The notes under the pieces were generated by a model that was not told the DNA's origin, made no database searches, and was given only the letters and a program-made list of their open reading frames with translations. Positions 39,416 to 53,810 of a stretch of DNA of 64,000 bases are shown here, in pieces (within the stretch, counting starts at the first letter, position 1; each line of letters begins with the position of its first letter). The stretch lies in the NCBI RefSeq assembly GCF_009914755.1, contig NC_060946.1, one strand, 5' to 3'. The translations under genes and the position numbers were made by a program. The DNA is from the human T2T-CHM13v2.0 reference genome, Homo sapiens.

Positions 39416-40757
39416 TTTTTGTCCTGAGAAGTTTATTGGGACTTTCAGCTAGGAGATAATATGTTCTGAGTCTTGATTATCTCAAATTATATCAGGTAAG
39501 AAGTTTTACTTGTCTGGAGAGCAGAGAGCAAGTGCATAATTTTATGCAGAAGAGGGAATAAAGAGAATTCTCTAATTAAAATTTGAATCAGAAATATGGT
39601 TCATATTTTTATGTACAACAATCTCTAAGGCTTCCTGGAAAGGAATTAGCTGCCTGATTTTTTTTCATTTGAATCCTCTAATACATGAAGAGGATGATTC
39701 TACCATACCAATCACAAGAATGATATCTGTAGAATCAAAAGTTGAAATCCTATTATCCTAGAAGTTTTTTCAGAAAACTTGAACATGTATTGAAATGTCA
39801 TGCTGGTCATATATGTTACAGCAATGAGGAATTTACTTATTATATACTTTAGCTTTTTAGCCCTTTCCCTGCCCACCAGAAATGTTTCTTTTGAATCCAA
39901 TTTCGTCCTCAAAGTTTTAGAATGTTAAGGAATGTATAGGGGTATCTTTTTTCTTCTTTTTTTTTTTTGTCAAGCTATTGTATATTTTTACTTTACCTGT
40001 TTGGGTATGTAGTTACTATTTGTTTGGACTGTCATACTAGAAAAAAATTATAGTGAATTTTACATGTATGGAGTCTTCATTAATCTGTATAAACTGACAA
40101 GTTTAGAATATCAAAGTCAACACTGTAAAAAATAAAGTGATATTTTATCTGGTCTATCTCCTTGCAAATAAAAGAACAATAAATTCTGTACTATTATGAA
40201 ATATAAGAGCTTGAAAATTTTTCAAGTGTCTTGTATAGAATGGCCTTCGAATTCAAGGTATAAACTACAACAAAACACTTTCGAGATCTAGTTTGATTGA
40301 AGAGTGCATTCTTACTTATTTATATATTCTCTGCAATTTCTGATTCAAGATAGTCCACAATTCTAAAGGAAAACCAAAATAGAATAATAATTACAAAACA
40401 AAATAAAAAGTAATTGAGGAAGACAATTGAGCAACTTATTCTTGACAACTAGCTTTTTAACAAACAGAAAAGTGCACTAAAAATACTGCCTAGTTGTTTA
40501 AAGTAGGCTGAGATCTGACTGTATCCCCTGAGTGTCATAAAGAAAAAACTACCTTTGAGGGAGCACAGTGATTAAATTTAAAAGATTTATTGTTTAACCT
40601 CAGGAAGACTTTCAATAACTTTTTATAAATTGTATACAGTTAATGGAAGACATGCTAGGCTTCTTGTAAGAATTTGTTCCAGATCACTGTGTATAATTAA
40701 TGGCTTGTCTACATATTTTTTCAATAAAACTGTTCATGAAGAATTTTAAGTATGCAC

Positions 40758-40903
40758 TTTCAGTACCAGAATGAATATATCTTTGTGAAGATACCATTTA
40801 TGTACCATAACATCCAAAGCATAATGAGGAGATTTTGATACACTGCAGATTTAGAACTGAGTTGGAAAACAAAACTTCAACATACTGTCTTGTCAGCACA
40901 AAG
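40758..40903 (+). repeat. Copy 1 (probable donor) of a 146-bp dispersed direct repeat
   Basis: tttcagtaccagaatgaatatatc...tgtcagcacaaag matches 41503-41648 with 9 substitutions and no gaps (manual alignment). Confidence 0.93.
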
Positions 40904-41354
40904 CAAATAAATTCATCACTGTCAGTTGAGATTTAAATTCACAAACTTATAAGCAATAAAATCAAAGTAATTTTGTTATAAGTTTTTTGACACCAGATTA
41001 TATGGGGTAAATAATTTACTTTCTAATCAAGCAATTGATACATATAAACCTGAAATAGAGAGTTTTGCCTTTTAATTAGATACATTGTTACGCAAAGAGT
41101 GGTTGAAGCTGCAGTTGAGAATTATCTTTTTCTCTTTTTGCTGTTCTTACAAGGACAGTTTCTAGAATTCTTTTCAAAACAATAGAACAGAAAATTTCAC
41201 TTACTCACTTAATTTAACTTTTGTTAAAGTACTTTGCCAAAATTAGCAAACTATGAAAGGAAAGTTTGCCTTTTCAATATATATGTAAGTGGCAAGTAAA
41301 AGTTGTTCTTAAATCACGTGATCTCATAGAAATAACATGGGATAAAAAGAGTTC

Positions 41355-42062
41355 TGAAGGTGTTCAGGAAATGCCAGTCCTAAATGTATTGCTTTGGTGT
41401 ACTGATTACATTGAACTGAAAATATTTGAAAAATAACAACTGTGGGACATGCTTTCTCTGCACTCCCTTTACGTTCCTCAAGAGAGATCCTCCAAAAGGA
41501 ATTTTCAATACCAGAATGAATGTATCTTTGTAAAGATACCATTTATCTACCATAACATCCAAAGCATGATGAGGAGATTTTTATACACTGCAGATTTAGA
41601 ACTGAATTGGAAAACAAAGCTTCAAGATACTGTCTTGTCAGCACAAAGACATTCATCTCCTTCCTAGGAGTTTCATCAGCCAGGGAAAATTGACTCCTCA
41701 TATCACAGGAGACAAGACTAAGAGTCCATTCCACACCAAGGCAGACTGCCACAAACTATCATCTATGCTCCTAGGGGTCTGGTCATCTTTCCCAAAAGTC
41801 ATTTGCTCTCCCTTAAGTTTCCTACATTCTTCCTCCTGCCTTCCCTACAAGCTCCTAAATCTCACTGGGTTTTTTTCTTGGTGGTGTTTTGTTTGTTTTG
41901 TTTTGTTTTGTTTTTGATTCCACGTTTCTTTCCTGTGATTCCCCCATGCGTGTAATAAATGTGTACACATTTTCTTCTTTTGACATGCCTGTTATCCATT
42001 TATTCAATAGACTCAGTTATCATACCTTCAGAGGGTAGAGGGAAAGGTCTCCAAGTCCTACA
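41355..42062 (+). mobile_element. MER34-family ERV1 solo LTR
   Basis: Has TG...CA termini (tgaaggtgttcagg ... gggtagagggaaaggtctccaagtcctaca), a perfect 4-bp TSD GTTC (41351-41354 and 42063-42066) and an internal AATAAA. Both ends resemble the MER34-group consensus. Confidence 0.78.
41503..41648 (+). repeat. Copy 2 of the 146-bp direct repeat, nested inside the LTR
   Basis: About 94% identical to 40758-40903, offset 745 bp. Confidence 0.93.
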
Positions 42063-42349
42063 GTTCCAAAAGAAAATAGCTAGTAATGCAAATGCAAAAG
42101 TCATATAAACTTTGAGACAAAGTTAGCGTCTTATATGGTACGTTCAGAAAGAAGAGGTGTGTTGCACACCAAGGGACATTTTCCTGGTCTTAGCTACTAA
42201 GTTTCTCTGAGAAGAAGCAGTCACTACTACAGCAGTTAAACACCTGACTCCCAAATTATAAAAGCCTAAGTGTTCAGATTAAATCATGAGTTGTCACCTG
42301 TGAATCATAAAGTCTGAACTCTTTAAATTGCAAACACACATAGAAAAAC

Positions 42350-42483
42350 GATTCTTACACAGGGATCCATGAGTGGAACTGCAAAGTTTTGTCAAAATCT
42401 ATATATATGTTTTCTTTTTAAGGGTCATAGATTTCAATATATGTTAAAAGATATCTGGGGCTAGTAAAGATTAATAACCATTT
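42350..42483. mobile_element. Possible degraded hAT-Charlie DNA transposon end (MER112/MER113-like)
   Basis: agggtcatagatttcaatatatgttaaaagatatctggggctagtaaagattaataaccatt resembles the Charlie-type terminal sequence ...aaggttaagaaccactg. Confidence 0.35.
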
Positions 42484-43690
42484 TCAGTTTTGTGCTGAAA
42501 TTGGCAAATCATGGCTTTTCTCCCTCCAACACACCACCTCCCGCCTCAGCACACCACTGGTTAATCTTTATTTTCAGGAGAGAAAAAGATGTTTCATATT
42601 AATAAAGGTAAATTATACACTTGTTTGTTTTATACTTTTCCACCTCTTAAGCTTAATCGTGTTTTAATAATGTATAATTGAATACATTAACATTTAGATG
42701 TTAGTAAATGAATAACAAATGTTCATTATTTCTCTTGAGTAGAGGAATAAAAATTTTGCACCTGTTGTATAGAATGATTTTTAAAATGTCATTCAATCCT
42801 TCAGAAGTTTAAGATTTTTTTTCAAGAATTTTTATATAAAATTTTTACTCAGAAGCAGATAGCTCACAAAAAGTATGGGGGTTTTTTGGATTATAAATAA
42901 ACTATTCCACTCACCAAGATGCTGAGACATCCTACTTTCTGGTATTTTGAAATAAAAACAAAACACAAGAATGTGACGATGAAGCAAGTGAAAATTAAAA
43001 GGGTACAGACTTTAGAAGTATCATAAGCTAAAAATAAAATGAAACAAACCTGTAAAGGAACCAAAAGCCCAGGTAGATATAATACAGTAAATTATGAGAA
43101 GCTAAAAAAAATGAGGAGGTGATAAACAATAAAGTGAAAATCTCTGATAAAGCCAAAACTACTTGAATGGCAGTCAACAAAACAGAAGAAAAAAATGACA
43201 CTCATAACAAGGCAGAACTATGGAAATGCATCCCTGGGGGTAAGATAATAGAGTTGCGAATTAGTGGAGGTGGATCACAAATACTGGCCAAATAAAGCCC
43301 GCTAACATAATTCAAAGGACAGAGAAATTCTGTAGCTGAAGACAAAAAGTCTGAAATACATTATGGTATAGTCAAATGAGTGTCATTTCTAATAGACACA
43401 CTTATTTTTCAAGAGTTGATAATATGAAGTAAAAATTTAGTATGCAAAGTTCAAATTTTCCATTTGTTGAGTAATTCATTTTTATTAAATATTTTCCAAC
43501 AATTAAACTAAAGTGGTACCAGAACAGAGTAGACATTCTGAGTTTTCACTTTACAAAAGCTACACATAAATCTACGTACTTCTTAAGGGTATAAACAAAG
43601 TCAGAGCCTGTGTGATATTTCAATAAACAATTGGAGAAAATTTTTTTAAGAATAGATTATATACATAATGACCTCTTTGAGAACCTTATT

Positions 43691-45504
43691 TTTTTCTTTT
43701 TTTTGTGTGTGTGTTTGTTTTTTTTTTGTGTGTGTGTTTTCATTTCTTTTTTAAATTATTATTATTATACTTTAAGTTTTAGGGTACATATGCACAACGT
43801 GCAGGTTCGTTACATATGTATACATGTGCCATGTTGGTGTGCTGCACCCATTAACTCGTCATTTACATTAGGTGTATCTCCTAATGCTATCCCTCCCCCC
43901 TCCCCCCACCCCACAACAGTTCCCAGTGTGTGATGTTCCCCTTCCTGTGTCCATGTGTTCTCATTGTTCAATTCCCACCTATGAGTGAGAACATGCGGTG
44001 TTTGGCTTTTCATCTTTGCGATAGTTTACTGAGAATGATGGTTTCCAGCTTCATCCATGTCCCTACAAAGGACATAAACTCATCATTTTTATGGCTTCAT
44101 AGTATTGCATGGTGTATATGTGCCACATTTTCTTAATCCAGTCTATCATCGTTGGACATTTGGGTTGGTTCCAAGTCTTTGCTATTGTGAATAGTGCCAC
44201 AATAAACATACGTGTGCATGTGTCTTTAGAGCAGCATGACTTATAATCCTTTGGGTACATACCCAGTAATGGGATGGCTGGGTCAAATGGTATTTCTAGT
44301 TCTAGATCCCTGAGGAATCACCACACCGACTTCCACAATGGTTGAAATAGTTCACAGTCCCATCAACAGTGTAAAAGTTTTCCTATTTCTCCACATCCTC
44401 TCCAGCACCTGTTGTTTCCTGACTTTTTAATGATTGCCATTCTAACTGGTGTGAGATGGTATCTCATTGTGGTTTTGATTTGCTTTTCTCTGATGGGCAG
44501 TGATAACATTTTTTCATGTGTTTTTTGGCTGCATAAATGTCTTCTTTTTAGAAGTGTCTGTTCATATCCTTCGCCCACTTTTTGATGGGTTTGTTTTTTT
44601 CTTGTAAATTTGTTTGAGTTCATTGTAGATTCTGGATATTAGCCCTTTGTCAGATGAGTAGGTTGTGAAACTTTTCTCCCATTCTGTATGTTGCCTGTTC
44701 ACTCTGATGGTGGTTTCTTTTGCTGTGCAGAAGCTCTTTAGTTTAATTAGATCCCATTTGTCAATTTTGGCTTTTGTTGCCATTGCTCTTGGTGTTTTAG
44801 ACATGAAGTCCTTGCCCATGCCTATGCCCTGAATGGTATTGCCTAGTTTTTTTCTATGGTTTTTATGATTTTAGGTCTAACATGTAAGTCTTTAATCCAT
44901 CTTGAATTAATTTTTGTATAAGGTGTAAGGAAGGGATCCAGTTTCAGCTTTCTACATATGGCTTGCCAGTTTTCCCAGCACCATTTATTAAATAGGGAAT
45001 CCTTTCCCTAGTTCTTGTTTTTGTCAGGTTTCTCAAAGATCAGATAGTTGTAGATATGCGGCATTATTTCTGAGGGCTCTGTTCCATTCCATTGGCCTCT
45101 ATCTCTCTTTTGGTATAAGTACCATGCTCTTTTGGTCACTGTAGCCTTGTAGTATAGTTTGAAGTCAGGTAGCGTCGTACCTCCAGCTTTGTTCTTTTGG
45201 CTTAGGATTGACTTGGCAATGCAGGCTCTTTTTTGGTTCCATATGAACTTTAAAGTAGTTTTTTCCAATTCTGTGAAGAAAGTCATTGGTAGCTTGATGG
45301 GGATGGCATTCAATCTATAAATTACCTTGGTCAGTATGGCCATTTTTACAATATTGATTCTTCCTACCCATGAGCATGGAAGGTTCTTACATTTGTTTGT
45401 ATCTTCTTTTATTTCATTGAGCAGTGGTTTGTAGTTCTCCTTGAAGAGGTCCTTCACATCCCTTGTAAGTTGGATTTCTAGGTATTTTATTTTCTTTGAG
45501 TCAA
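43691..45504 (-). mobile_element. 5'-truncated L1PA (roughly PA4-PA5), ~1.8 kb
   Basis: Antisense L1 3' UTR plus ORF2 C-terminal peptides ([35 protein letters not shown]; [23 protein letters not shown]). 14-bp TSD ttgaga(a/t)ccttatt at 43677-43690 and 45505-45518. Confidence 0.95.
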
Positions 45505-45542
45505 TTGAGATCCTTATTGTGAGATTCAATTCAGAATCTGGG

Positions 45543-45840
<298 letters not shown>

Positions 45841-46779
45841 CAGAATCTGGGTCTTAACCAGATTTGCCATTATAAAATGAAATGAAACCAAAACCACCAG
45901 TCAATATCTGTAGCAGTGTTATTGTTGGGGAGCATGCACGTTTGTTTGAGCTTACTTATATATACAGAGCTGTTTAGCTTAATCTTTAAATTGAAAATTT
46001 TTAGTATTTTTAGAATGTTTTAGATACTTTGATGAATAAATTTTGTGTTAACAAACTACTATTAATAAAACTTATAAATTAAATATTTCTGAACACATTG
46101 GCAGATGTAAATGACAAAGTTATATTCACACAATCAGTTTTTCTTGCACAGAATTGACATTTTGTCAAAAAGTTAAAATCTTTGAAATGTGTTTTCTGTC
46201 CTCATCTTTCCCCTTTTGAGCATTTTTCCCCCTGGGTTGGTTATAAAATATTCCCTAACTTCAGGCATCTGGTTAAGTTTTGGGTTTTCTCCCTTCCTAC
46301 CAACTCATATGGATTGGTAATGATCTGATAGAAGACAATTGCCAAAAATCAATCAAATATGTTTTAAATGAAACTTCTCCAATATAATATTCATGTTAAT
46401 CCTTCTTTAATTGCTGAATGAGTAATAATTGTTCACTGACCCTTAAAATCCTAAAACTTAATCAGCTCACTGGAGTGGATGAATGGATGTTTGTCTAGAA
46501 GAGAATGCTTAAGGTCTACTTCAAGGAGTTCATAATAGTAAAAATGTCCTTTTCTTCCATCAGAAACTTCATCCTGATCTTTTCATCCTTGTTTTTCTAC
46601 TAGCTCTCCTTCTCCAAATACACTGACTTGGAACCCCAGTTTCAGTGGTGGACTGCGTGGATTTGATTCTAAGCTATGCTATAATGAGAAAGTAGCTCTA
46701 ACCCTATTCTCATTTTCTTCACCTGTAATATAGAAATCATCATCAGACAATATACAGATAGGGGCCAGTTATTTCACAG

Positions 46780-47395
46780 ATAATAATAGGTGAAAATGGA
46801 GAGTATGTGGGTGTAGGCATGGAAAAGTGAGTTTAAATGGTTTCAGGAGTCTGTGGAAATTGTCTTTGGGTGATTCAATGTTCTCAGGGAAGCACACCCA
46901 AAAAGACATTGAGGATTTCTGGGGAAGTGTTAGGGATTAGAGACAGGATAAGATACAAAACTAGGAAAATTAGAGAGTGAATAGATTGGAACATATGTAG
47001 TATGATTGATTGATAGGCGGCACTCAGATTCTCAGTTTCAAGTGGGATATTTTTCAATTTGATCCATATAGCTAGTTGCTAAAATATATGTGGGGATTTG
47101 GTGGAAATTTGGATCTAACCAGGGTTATTTTCCTGGTTAGATTCAGCAAAGTGAAAGAGAAACAAGGAAGTTGAAGTTTCCTGGGAATGGTTGGCCACGG
47201 AATTTAGGCAGGAGAACAGGAAATAGAGTACATCAGTAGGTAAGGGTCATTATAAATATGATAAAATAATAGTTTGGAGGTCTCAGAGAGATTGAAAAAT
47301 TTTATGTCAGCGTATGAAAGGGAATGATTAAAGGAGGAGTTCAGAGAATGGGATGAATGAAATTGTGACTACAGAGGAGTTGCTATTATAAGTAA
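46780..47395 (-). mobile_element. Probable degraded L2 fragment
   Basis: Purine-rich tract including gagagtatgtgggtgtagg...tgattcaatgttctcagggaag, similar to antisense L2. Boundaries approximate. Confidence 0.4.
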
Positions 47396-47410
47396 CGACG
47401 ATGCTTCACT

Positions 47411-47598
47411 CAGTCCCTCTGGAAGTGTGGTCCCTGTGCTAGCAGCAACAGCATCACCTGGGAACTTACTAGAACTGCATATTCTCAGGTTACACCCCCA
47501 GATCTTCCAAATATGAAATTCCAATAGCAGGTCTCAGCAATCTCTTATTGTAACACAACTGTAGGCAATTTTGAGGCACACAGTAGTTAGCACAACTG
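47411..47598 (+). mobile_element. MER5A (hAT-Charlie MITE)
   Basis: aagtgtggtccc...agcagcaacagcatcacctgggaacttactagaactgcatattctcagg...cagcaatct; ~188 bp with degenerate CAGT...ACTG ends. Confidence 0.85.
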
Positions 47599-47607
47599 GT
47601 CTAGTGT

Positions 47608-48297
47608 ATGTCTTATTTGGTCTTCCTCCCCGGTTCACAGTACAGAGCTCCTGAAACTTGAAATTTCCTGATAGAGATGAGAGGACCATCCTTTACTAGT
47701 CATAAGTCCCTCTTAGCCATACCTGAGTTTATGCTATTGACATGACATGAGTGGTGGCTGGAGACCCGTATGGCTTCAGGGTGGGTGCTTGACACCAGAA
47801 ACATGAAGGCATAACTAGATGGTTAAAACTGTCAGCCCTCTCCTCCATCACCTCTGAGGTGCTGGGAGGGTGATACAATGATATACTTAGAGGTCATATG
47901 GTAGCTTTGTGCCCCTTTTCACCATACCTGGCCCTATGTGTCTCTTCTATTTGACAGTTCCTGATTTGTATCAGACAGTAACTGTAAGCAAAGTGCTTTC
48001 TTGGGTTCTGTGAGCCATCTTAGCAAATTATAGAACCTGGGGAAGGAATCCATGGAAGTCCTAATTTATAGCCAGTTGGTCAGGAGTATGGCAGGCCCAC
48101 AACTCCTCTCTAATGGTGGGGGGGTGGCAGTCTTGTGGTCCTGAACCCTGAACTTGTGGGATCTGATTCTATCTCCAGATAGATAGTCTCAGGATTGAAT
48201 TGAATTGTAGGACACCATTTGGTGTCCTGAGAGTTGAAAAATTGATTGGGGTGAGACTAAACCAACAAATTTCATCTCAGAAGTTTGAGTAGAAATA
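47608..48297 (+). mobile_element. MER21-family LTR (internally deleted)
   Basis: Contains acagagctcctgaaac, atacctgagtttatgcta, gttctgtgagccat..tagcaaatt, tttatagccagttggtcag, tgtgggatctga, gattgaattgaattgtaggacacc, which are characteristic MER21 blocks. Confidence 0.8.
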
Positions 48298-49134
48298 ATT
48301 CTGTTGGAAAACATTATCGTTAGATCAAAGGTGTTAATAGAACTGAGAGACCAAAATGGCAAAGAGTCATCTATGATTACACATTGTTGACATAAACTAG
48401 AATTAAGACAAGAGTATGTCAAAGAGAGTTACATTGAGCCAGGGATAAAAATAGTCAATTGATTGATTAGAATTTAGTAAATGCTATTTTTTGAAAAATT
48501 AATATTTAGTTAATTGAGATACTTAATTATCTCCATTTTGACTTTAAATTTAAAACTAAAAAATTGATATTTTATCTATTTTCCATAAATGGAAATTGAA
48601 AAGCAATAGCAAAATGCTTCGACAGAAAATCTGCCCTTCTTATTCCCAAGAGGAAGAATGGCCAACTACCTTAAGAATAAGTTAGAAAAACTTTCATAAT
48701 TTTTTAAGTTGCCATATTTTATAGCTTTGAACAAGTTGAATTATTAACTAGACTGCCCAGGGAATGGAGCCATCTAATATAATTTCCTTACTATTTAGAT
48801 AAAATCTTTGTTGTTGAAAATCTTAATCATTTTTAATGATCCTGTTTTCAGAGCCTGATATTAATGATTCGTGAAACTCATTAAATGCAGTTATACATCT
48901 GATTTGAAAATCATGAGGGAGATTTTTGGTCAGATATGCATAGCAAATCTATGTCACTAGACATAAGTCCCTTCTACCCATGCCACAACCTTTATGTCTA
49001 CTCTTGAATTGAGGTTTTGCTACGTTTTATTTTTGAGGTTTAAGAATTATTCATTTAACTGTCGGAAAATTGTGTTTCTCTTGTTAGAATAGAGCCCAAT
49101 TTATCCTTTCTATTTTTCATGGAGACATGAAAGG

Positions 49135-49350
49135 ATGTGAATTTGCAATCAGAGAAACCTGAGTTCCACCATGCTTTCTTCCTCTTGCAAGCCATGAAAT
49201 CCACAGTGGGTTAGTGGATATTACAAACCTCTGGTCCCACCTTATTAAGATGGAAAAAAATAAGACTAATTGAAAGAACAAATGTGGTAATGAGAAGAAA
49301 TGGTATCAATAAAGTTCCTGGAACACAGTAAGTTCTAACAAATGCTAGTT
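49135..49350 (+). mobile_element. MIR fragment
   Basis: gcaatcagagaaacctgagttc at the 5' side and cctggaacacagtaagttctaacaaatgctagtt at the 3' side match MIR layout. Confidence 0.55.
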
Positions 49351-51431
49351 CTTTTCTTTCATAATTCAAAATCTAAATAGAAGCCAGTTGGTAATTCCAA
49401 GATAATAGTATGAAGACAAAAAAAATGTTTGTTAACTGACCTTCAACCATTGAGACCTTATCTTATAGGAAGCAAAATTAACAAATATTTTCTCCCTTCT
49501 ACAAATGTATGCCCTCTGAGAAAGAGAGACAGTGTTCCAATCAAGACGATGACAGTATTCTGTGCACACATAGGAAAGGAAGAAGAATAAGAGAGAACAT
49601 TTAAAAAGACAATTTTAGATAGGCATCCTATTTTTACCGGCAATAACATTTTTTAGAACTTACGGCATACAAAATAGACCTTAAATGGACTCAGTGTTGA
49701 GAAAATTTTATAAGGCTGCTTTATTTTCTTCTATGGTAAATCTAGGAACCAATAAAATAGCTTTGATAATTCACTCATTACATTCTTTCCTAACTAAACT
49801 ATTTACATTATAAACTTTGTTGATATGCTGTGCTTTTGCATTAATAATTCTCATGTGTCTCATTTGTGAATACATGAAAACTAGTTGTAAAATAAGGAAA
49901 ATGTAATTTTGAAACATCTTCAAAAACAGTTGCATAATTTAACAAATGTTTATAAATTTTCGTCCTTACTCTAAAACCATAGATATCCTAAAATTGATTG
50001 AAGGTAAAATGATTTTTAAAGAACTGGATTTCTCACCATGAGTTATTTTATCTCCATACAAACTGTGGTAGTGTTATACAATGGTTAAGAAGAAATTACT
50101 TAAAAATGAGAATAAAGATACAGCTTATTAACACTTCATTTTGTGGATGAGACCTGAAAAATTAAACTTTTCTTCTAGAGACAAGTTGTAGTTGTGTATA
50201 TAGAGTGTGAATAGATAGTGTCCATATTTTACTGTCATTATTTAAACAGAAACATGCAATTTGCACTTCAAAAACCTACTACAAATTAACTGTGTCATTT
50301 GGAAGTGTCAAAATTATCTCATTAATGATCAGATAGGCTTTTGGCTCATTGTAATGAGATGTTCCTATAAACCTAATTTGAAAGACAAAGACAGAGTTTG
50401 GAGTCTTTAATTCTTGGTAAAAATCAGTAGCTCTATTTAGGGCTATATTTGCAAAATACTATTTCAACTCAAGCATATTTTTATTTACAAGGCACTTCAC
50501 AAATGTTGACCACAAAGATGTTTCTACCTAGCAGAAATAATTATAGTTACATATAGTTGTCTAGGAATATCTTAAACATGGGGTATTAAAATAACTTTCA
50601 AGAACAAGAAGAAATGTTACACCAGGCATTTTTGCAACTAGTGCTCTATTTCAGTGCAATATTTGTGGCAATTAAAACACATAAATGGCTTGGATATATA
50701 GCTAAGTTATCAAAGGAAAAATATGCAAAGGCATGATTATTTTATAAATGTGCCACATATGTGACTTGAGGTACAAATCCTCTAAGTTTAAAATTGTCTT
50801 TTTAAAAAAGAAATCAAAACAGACAAGTGGGCAATGAGTTATGGATACTATTATAGGGTACCCTGATAAACTAGTAAGAAGACGACTTTTGGTACTGAAA
50901 ATTCCAATTAACCACATGCCCCCATTAAGGCCATGATCACTGCCAATTTTTACTCACAAAGGCTGGAGCTAGAGTTATATGGAATTCCATATGTATCTAA
51001 ACCATAGATTTATCAATTATCACTTAAATACAACTTGGAAGACACTATCCAGAATTTGTAGGGCTTGGCCTTATTCTAGAGAAACATACACTGGAATAGG
51101 CAGTTGGATTTTAAATTCAGTCTTAAATCTGTTGAAAATAATGCATTTTTTTCTCAGAGATGAGATATTGTTCAACTCTTTTGACTTATTTTAGATTTGA
51201 TAATATACAGTTCAAACACCATGGAGATTTACTAATCTGAATGAACACATACCAAATTTGTCTTTGCTCCAGTCTCGAAATCTGAGATTAATTCTAGCTG
51301 CTGAAGAAATTTTCCAGTGTTAGGAGTATGCTTCAATGCTGGTGACCGGTACTACTTTCTGGTAAACTATAGATGACATGTGTGCTTTCATTGCCTAAAC
51401 TCACTTTGTAGAACACCATTAAATGAAAATC

Positions 51432-51736
<305 letters not shown>

Positions 51737-51751
51737 TCAGTGACTCTTTGT

Positions 51752-51824
51752 TTTTCATGCTGATAAACTATTACGAAGAAAAAGAAAATTTTCATGCTGA
51801 TAAACTATTACACAGAAAAAGAAA
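51752..51824 (+). repeat. 37-bp tandem duplication
   Basis: ttttcatgctgataaactattac(ga/ac)agaaaaagaaa occurs at 51752 and 51789. Confidence 0.92.
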
Positions 51825-51886
51825 TGTATCCATTATGGACAATTAAAAGGGCTATACAATCTCTCTCATTGTATGATTCTAGTTTT

Positions 51887-52218
<332 letters not shown>

Positions 52219-53810
52219 TAACACAATTCTTATTACTTCTGTTTTAATTTTACAAAGCCATAGGTTTTTAATCTGGGAAACCTTTGAGAAAACATCCAGA
52301 TAAATTTATAAATAGAAAAATAAATTCAGACAAATATAATTAAGTTTATGATCTAACAAGTGGGTGGCAACCGAAAACTTTCCAAGTTCCATAAACTGAA
52401 GTGAAAGGATCACTTTCCTGAAAATATTACAAAGGCTTGATAATTACCTGGATTGTACTAAAACCTACACAATCTAGTATATTCTATAGCAGCAATTCAT
52501 AAAGACAGCTTCACTTACCATGTAGAATTTATACATACATTAAATTTAAGGAATGCGTTACTTGCTATTGGAGTAGGATAATAAACTCCCAGCAGAACTG
52601 ATTTTCATGAATGCCTATTAAACTATCATTGATGTAGAAATTAAACAATATATTAAGCTATTCAGACCCAGATTGTGAGAGACAGAGAAAAACTTCAAAA
52701 AAGTTCAGCTACCAAATCCCTTCCTCAATAGCTCTTTGAGTCTCAAGACAGTTTCAACCACACACATCCTCAGAGTCTTATGGTCCAAACAACATTTGAC
52801 TGCAGCTCTAAAGTAAGCAAACATTTGAAAAGAAACTCAAAGATCTATACCTGTAGTTATGGTCAAGGAGGTCCACCTACTGGTGGGTGAGCATGGCAAG
52901 GATAGGGACTAAGCCAAATGATGGGTTTACCAAAACAGAAACAAGAGAAGTCATTGGAAGCACAGTCCAGGTTATAACAGGAGCCCAGGCACTTGATGTG
53001 GGAACCCTATTTGTCTCATTCAGCACCTAGAGTTTTAACGTCCTATGAGGCACAGCTAATGCCCTTCATTATTTTTTTGTAATTGACTGCATAGTTTAGA
53101 ACTATGCCTTGAATTTAATATCTATCTGTTGAATAAATGAATTAATAATGATGAAAATCTGTCCACAGGTTATGTGCAGTACTGAAGAGCAACTTCAGCT
53201 ATTGAGGTATCTATCAGAAGTCTTACTCTCCAAAAAGCCTCTGGTTAGTTACTGATATACGTTGCTGATAATTTCACTCTCACAATGTAGGGGAAGCAGG
53301 AATGTTATCTGGCCTCTTGGCTCCTCTTCCTTTGCCTTCCACAGATCTCTCTGCTGGTTCACAGAGGAACACTTTCGTGGCTCTCAGTTCATTTTGCAAT
53401 TCTGCTAGAATCTCATTCCATCCTCAGTTGTAACTACCTTGTCCTTCACCCAACGCTTATTTACGGAGGGACAGATAGCAAGAAGAAATCGCACTCTGGA
53501 TTACAAAGTGGGAAGACGCACCCCTTGGCCAGAATGCCTGCCTCCTATGTTCATGAAGGATATTTCTAATTGATCTCGGCACTCTTTTCCATTGAGCCCA
53601 TGTCCCAAATTGGCCGTGAGTTAGGGAGAGGGCTCTAGAGTGGGAAAGGTGTACCCAAAACTTCCCTAATCTGACTATCAAGCCTAAAAAATTAAACTTT
53701 CAATTCAACATCCCTTGTTTCTCCAACTTGGAGTGCCTGATGGTGTGGGAAGCCCCTACTCATAAAAATTCATAGTTGAAGATTGTTGGTAATTTTGCCC
53801 AACCTTCTTC

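Noticed and set aside
39443-39500. Possible exon ending at atcag|gtaag
   Set aside because: The 47-nt segment after tttcag has stops in all three frames and no recognisable homology.
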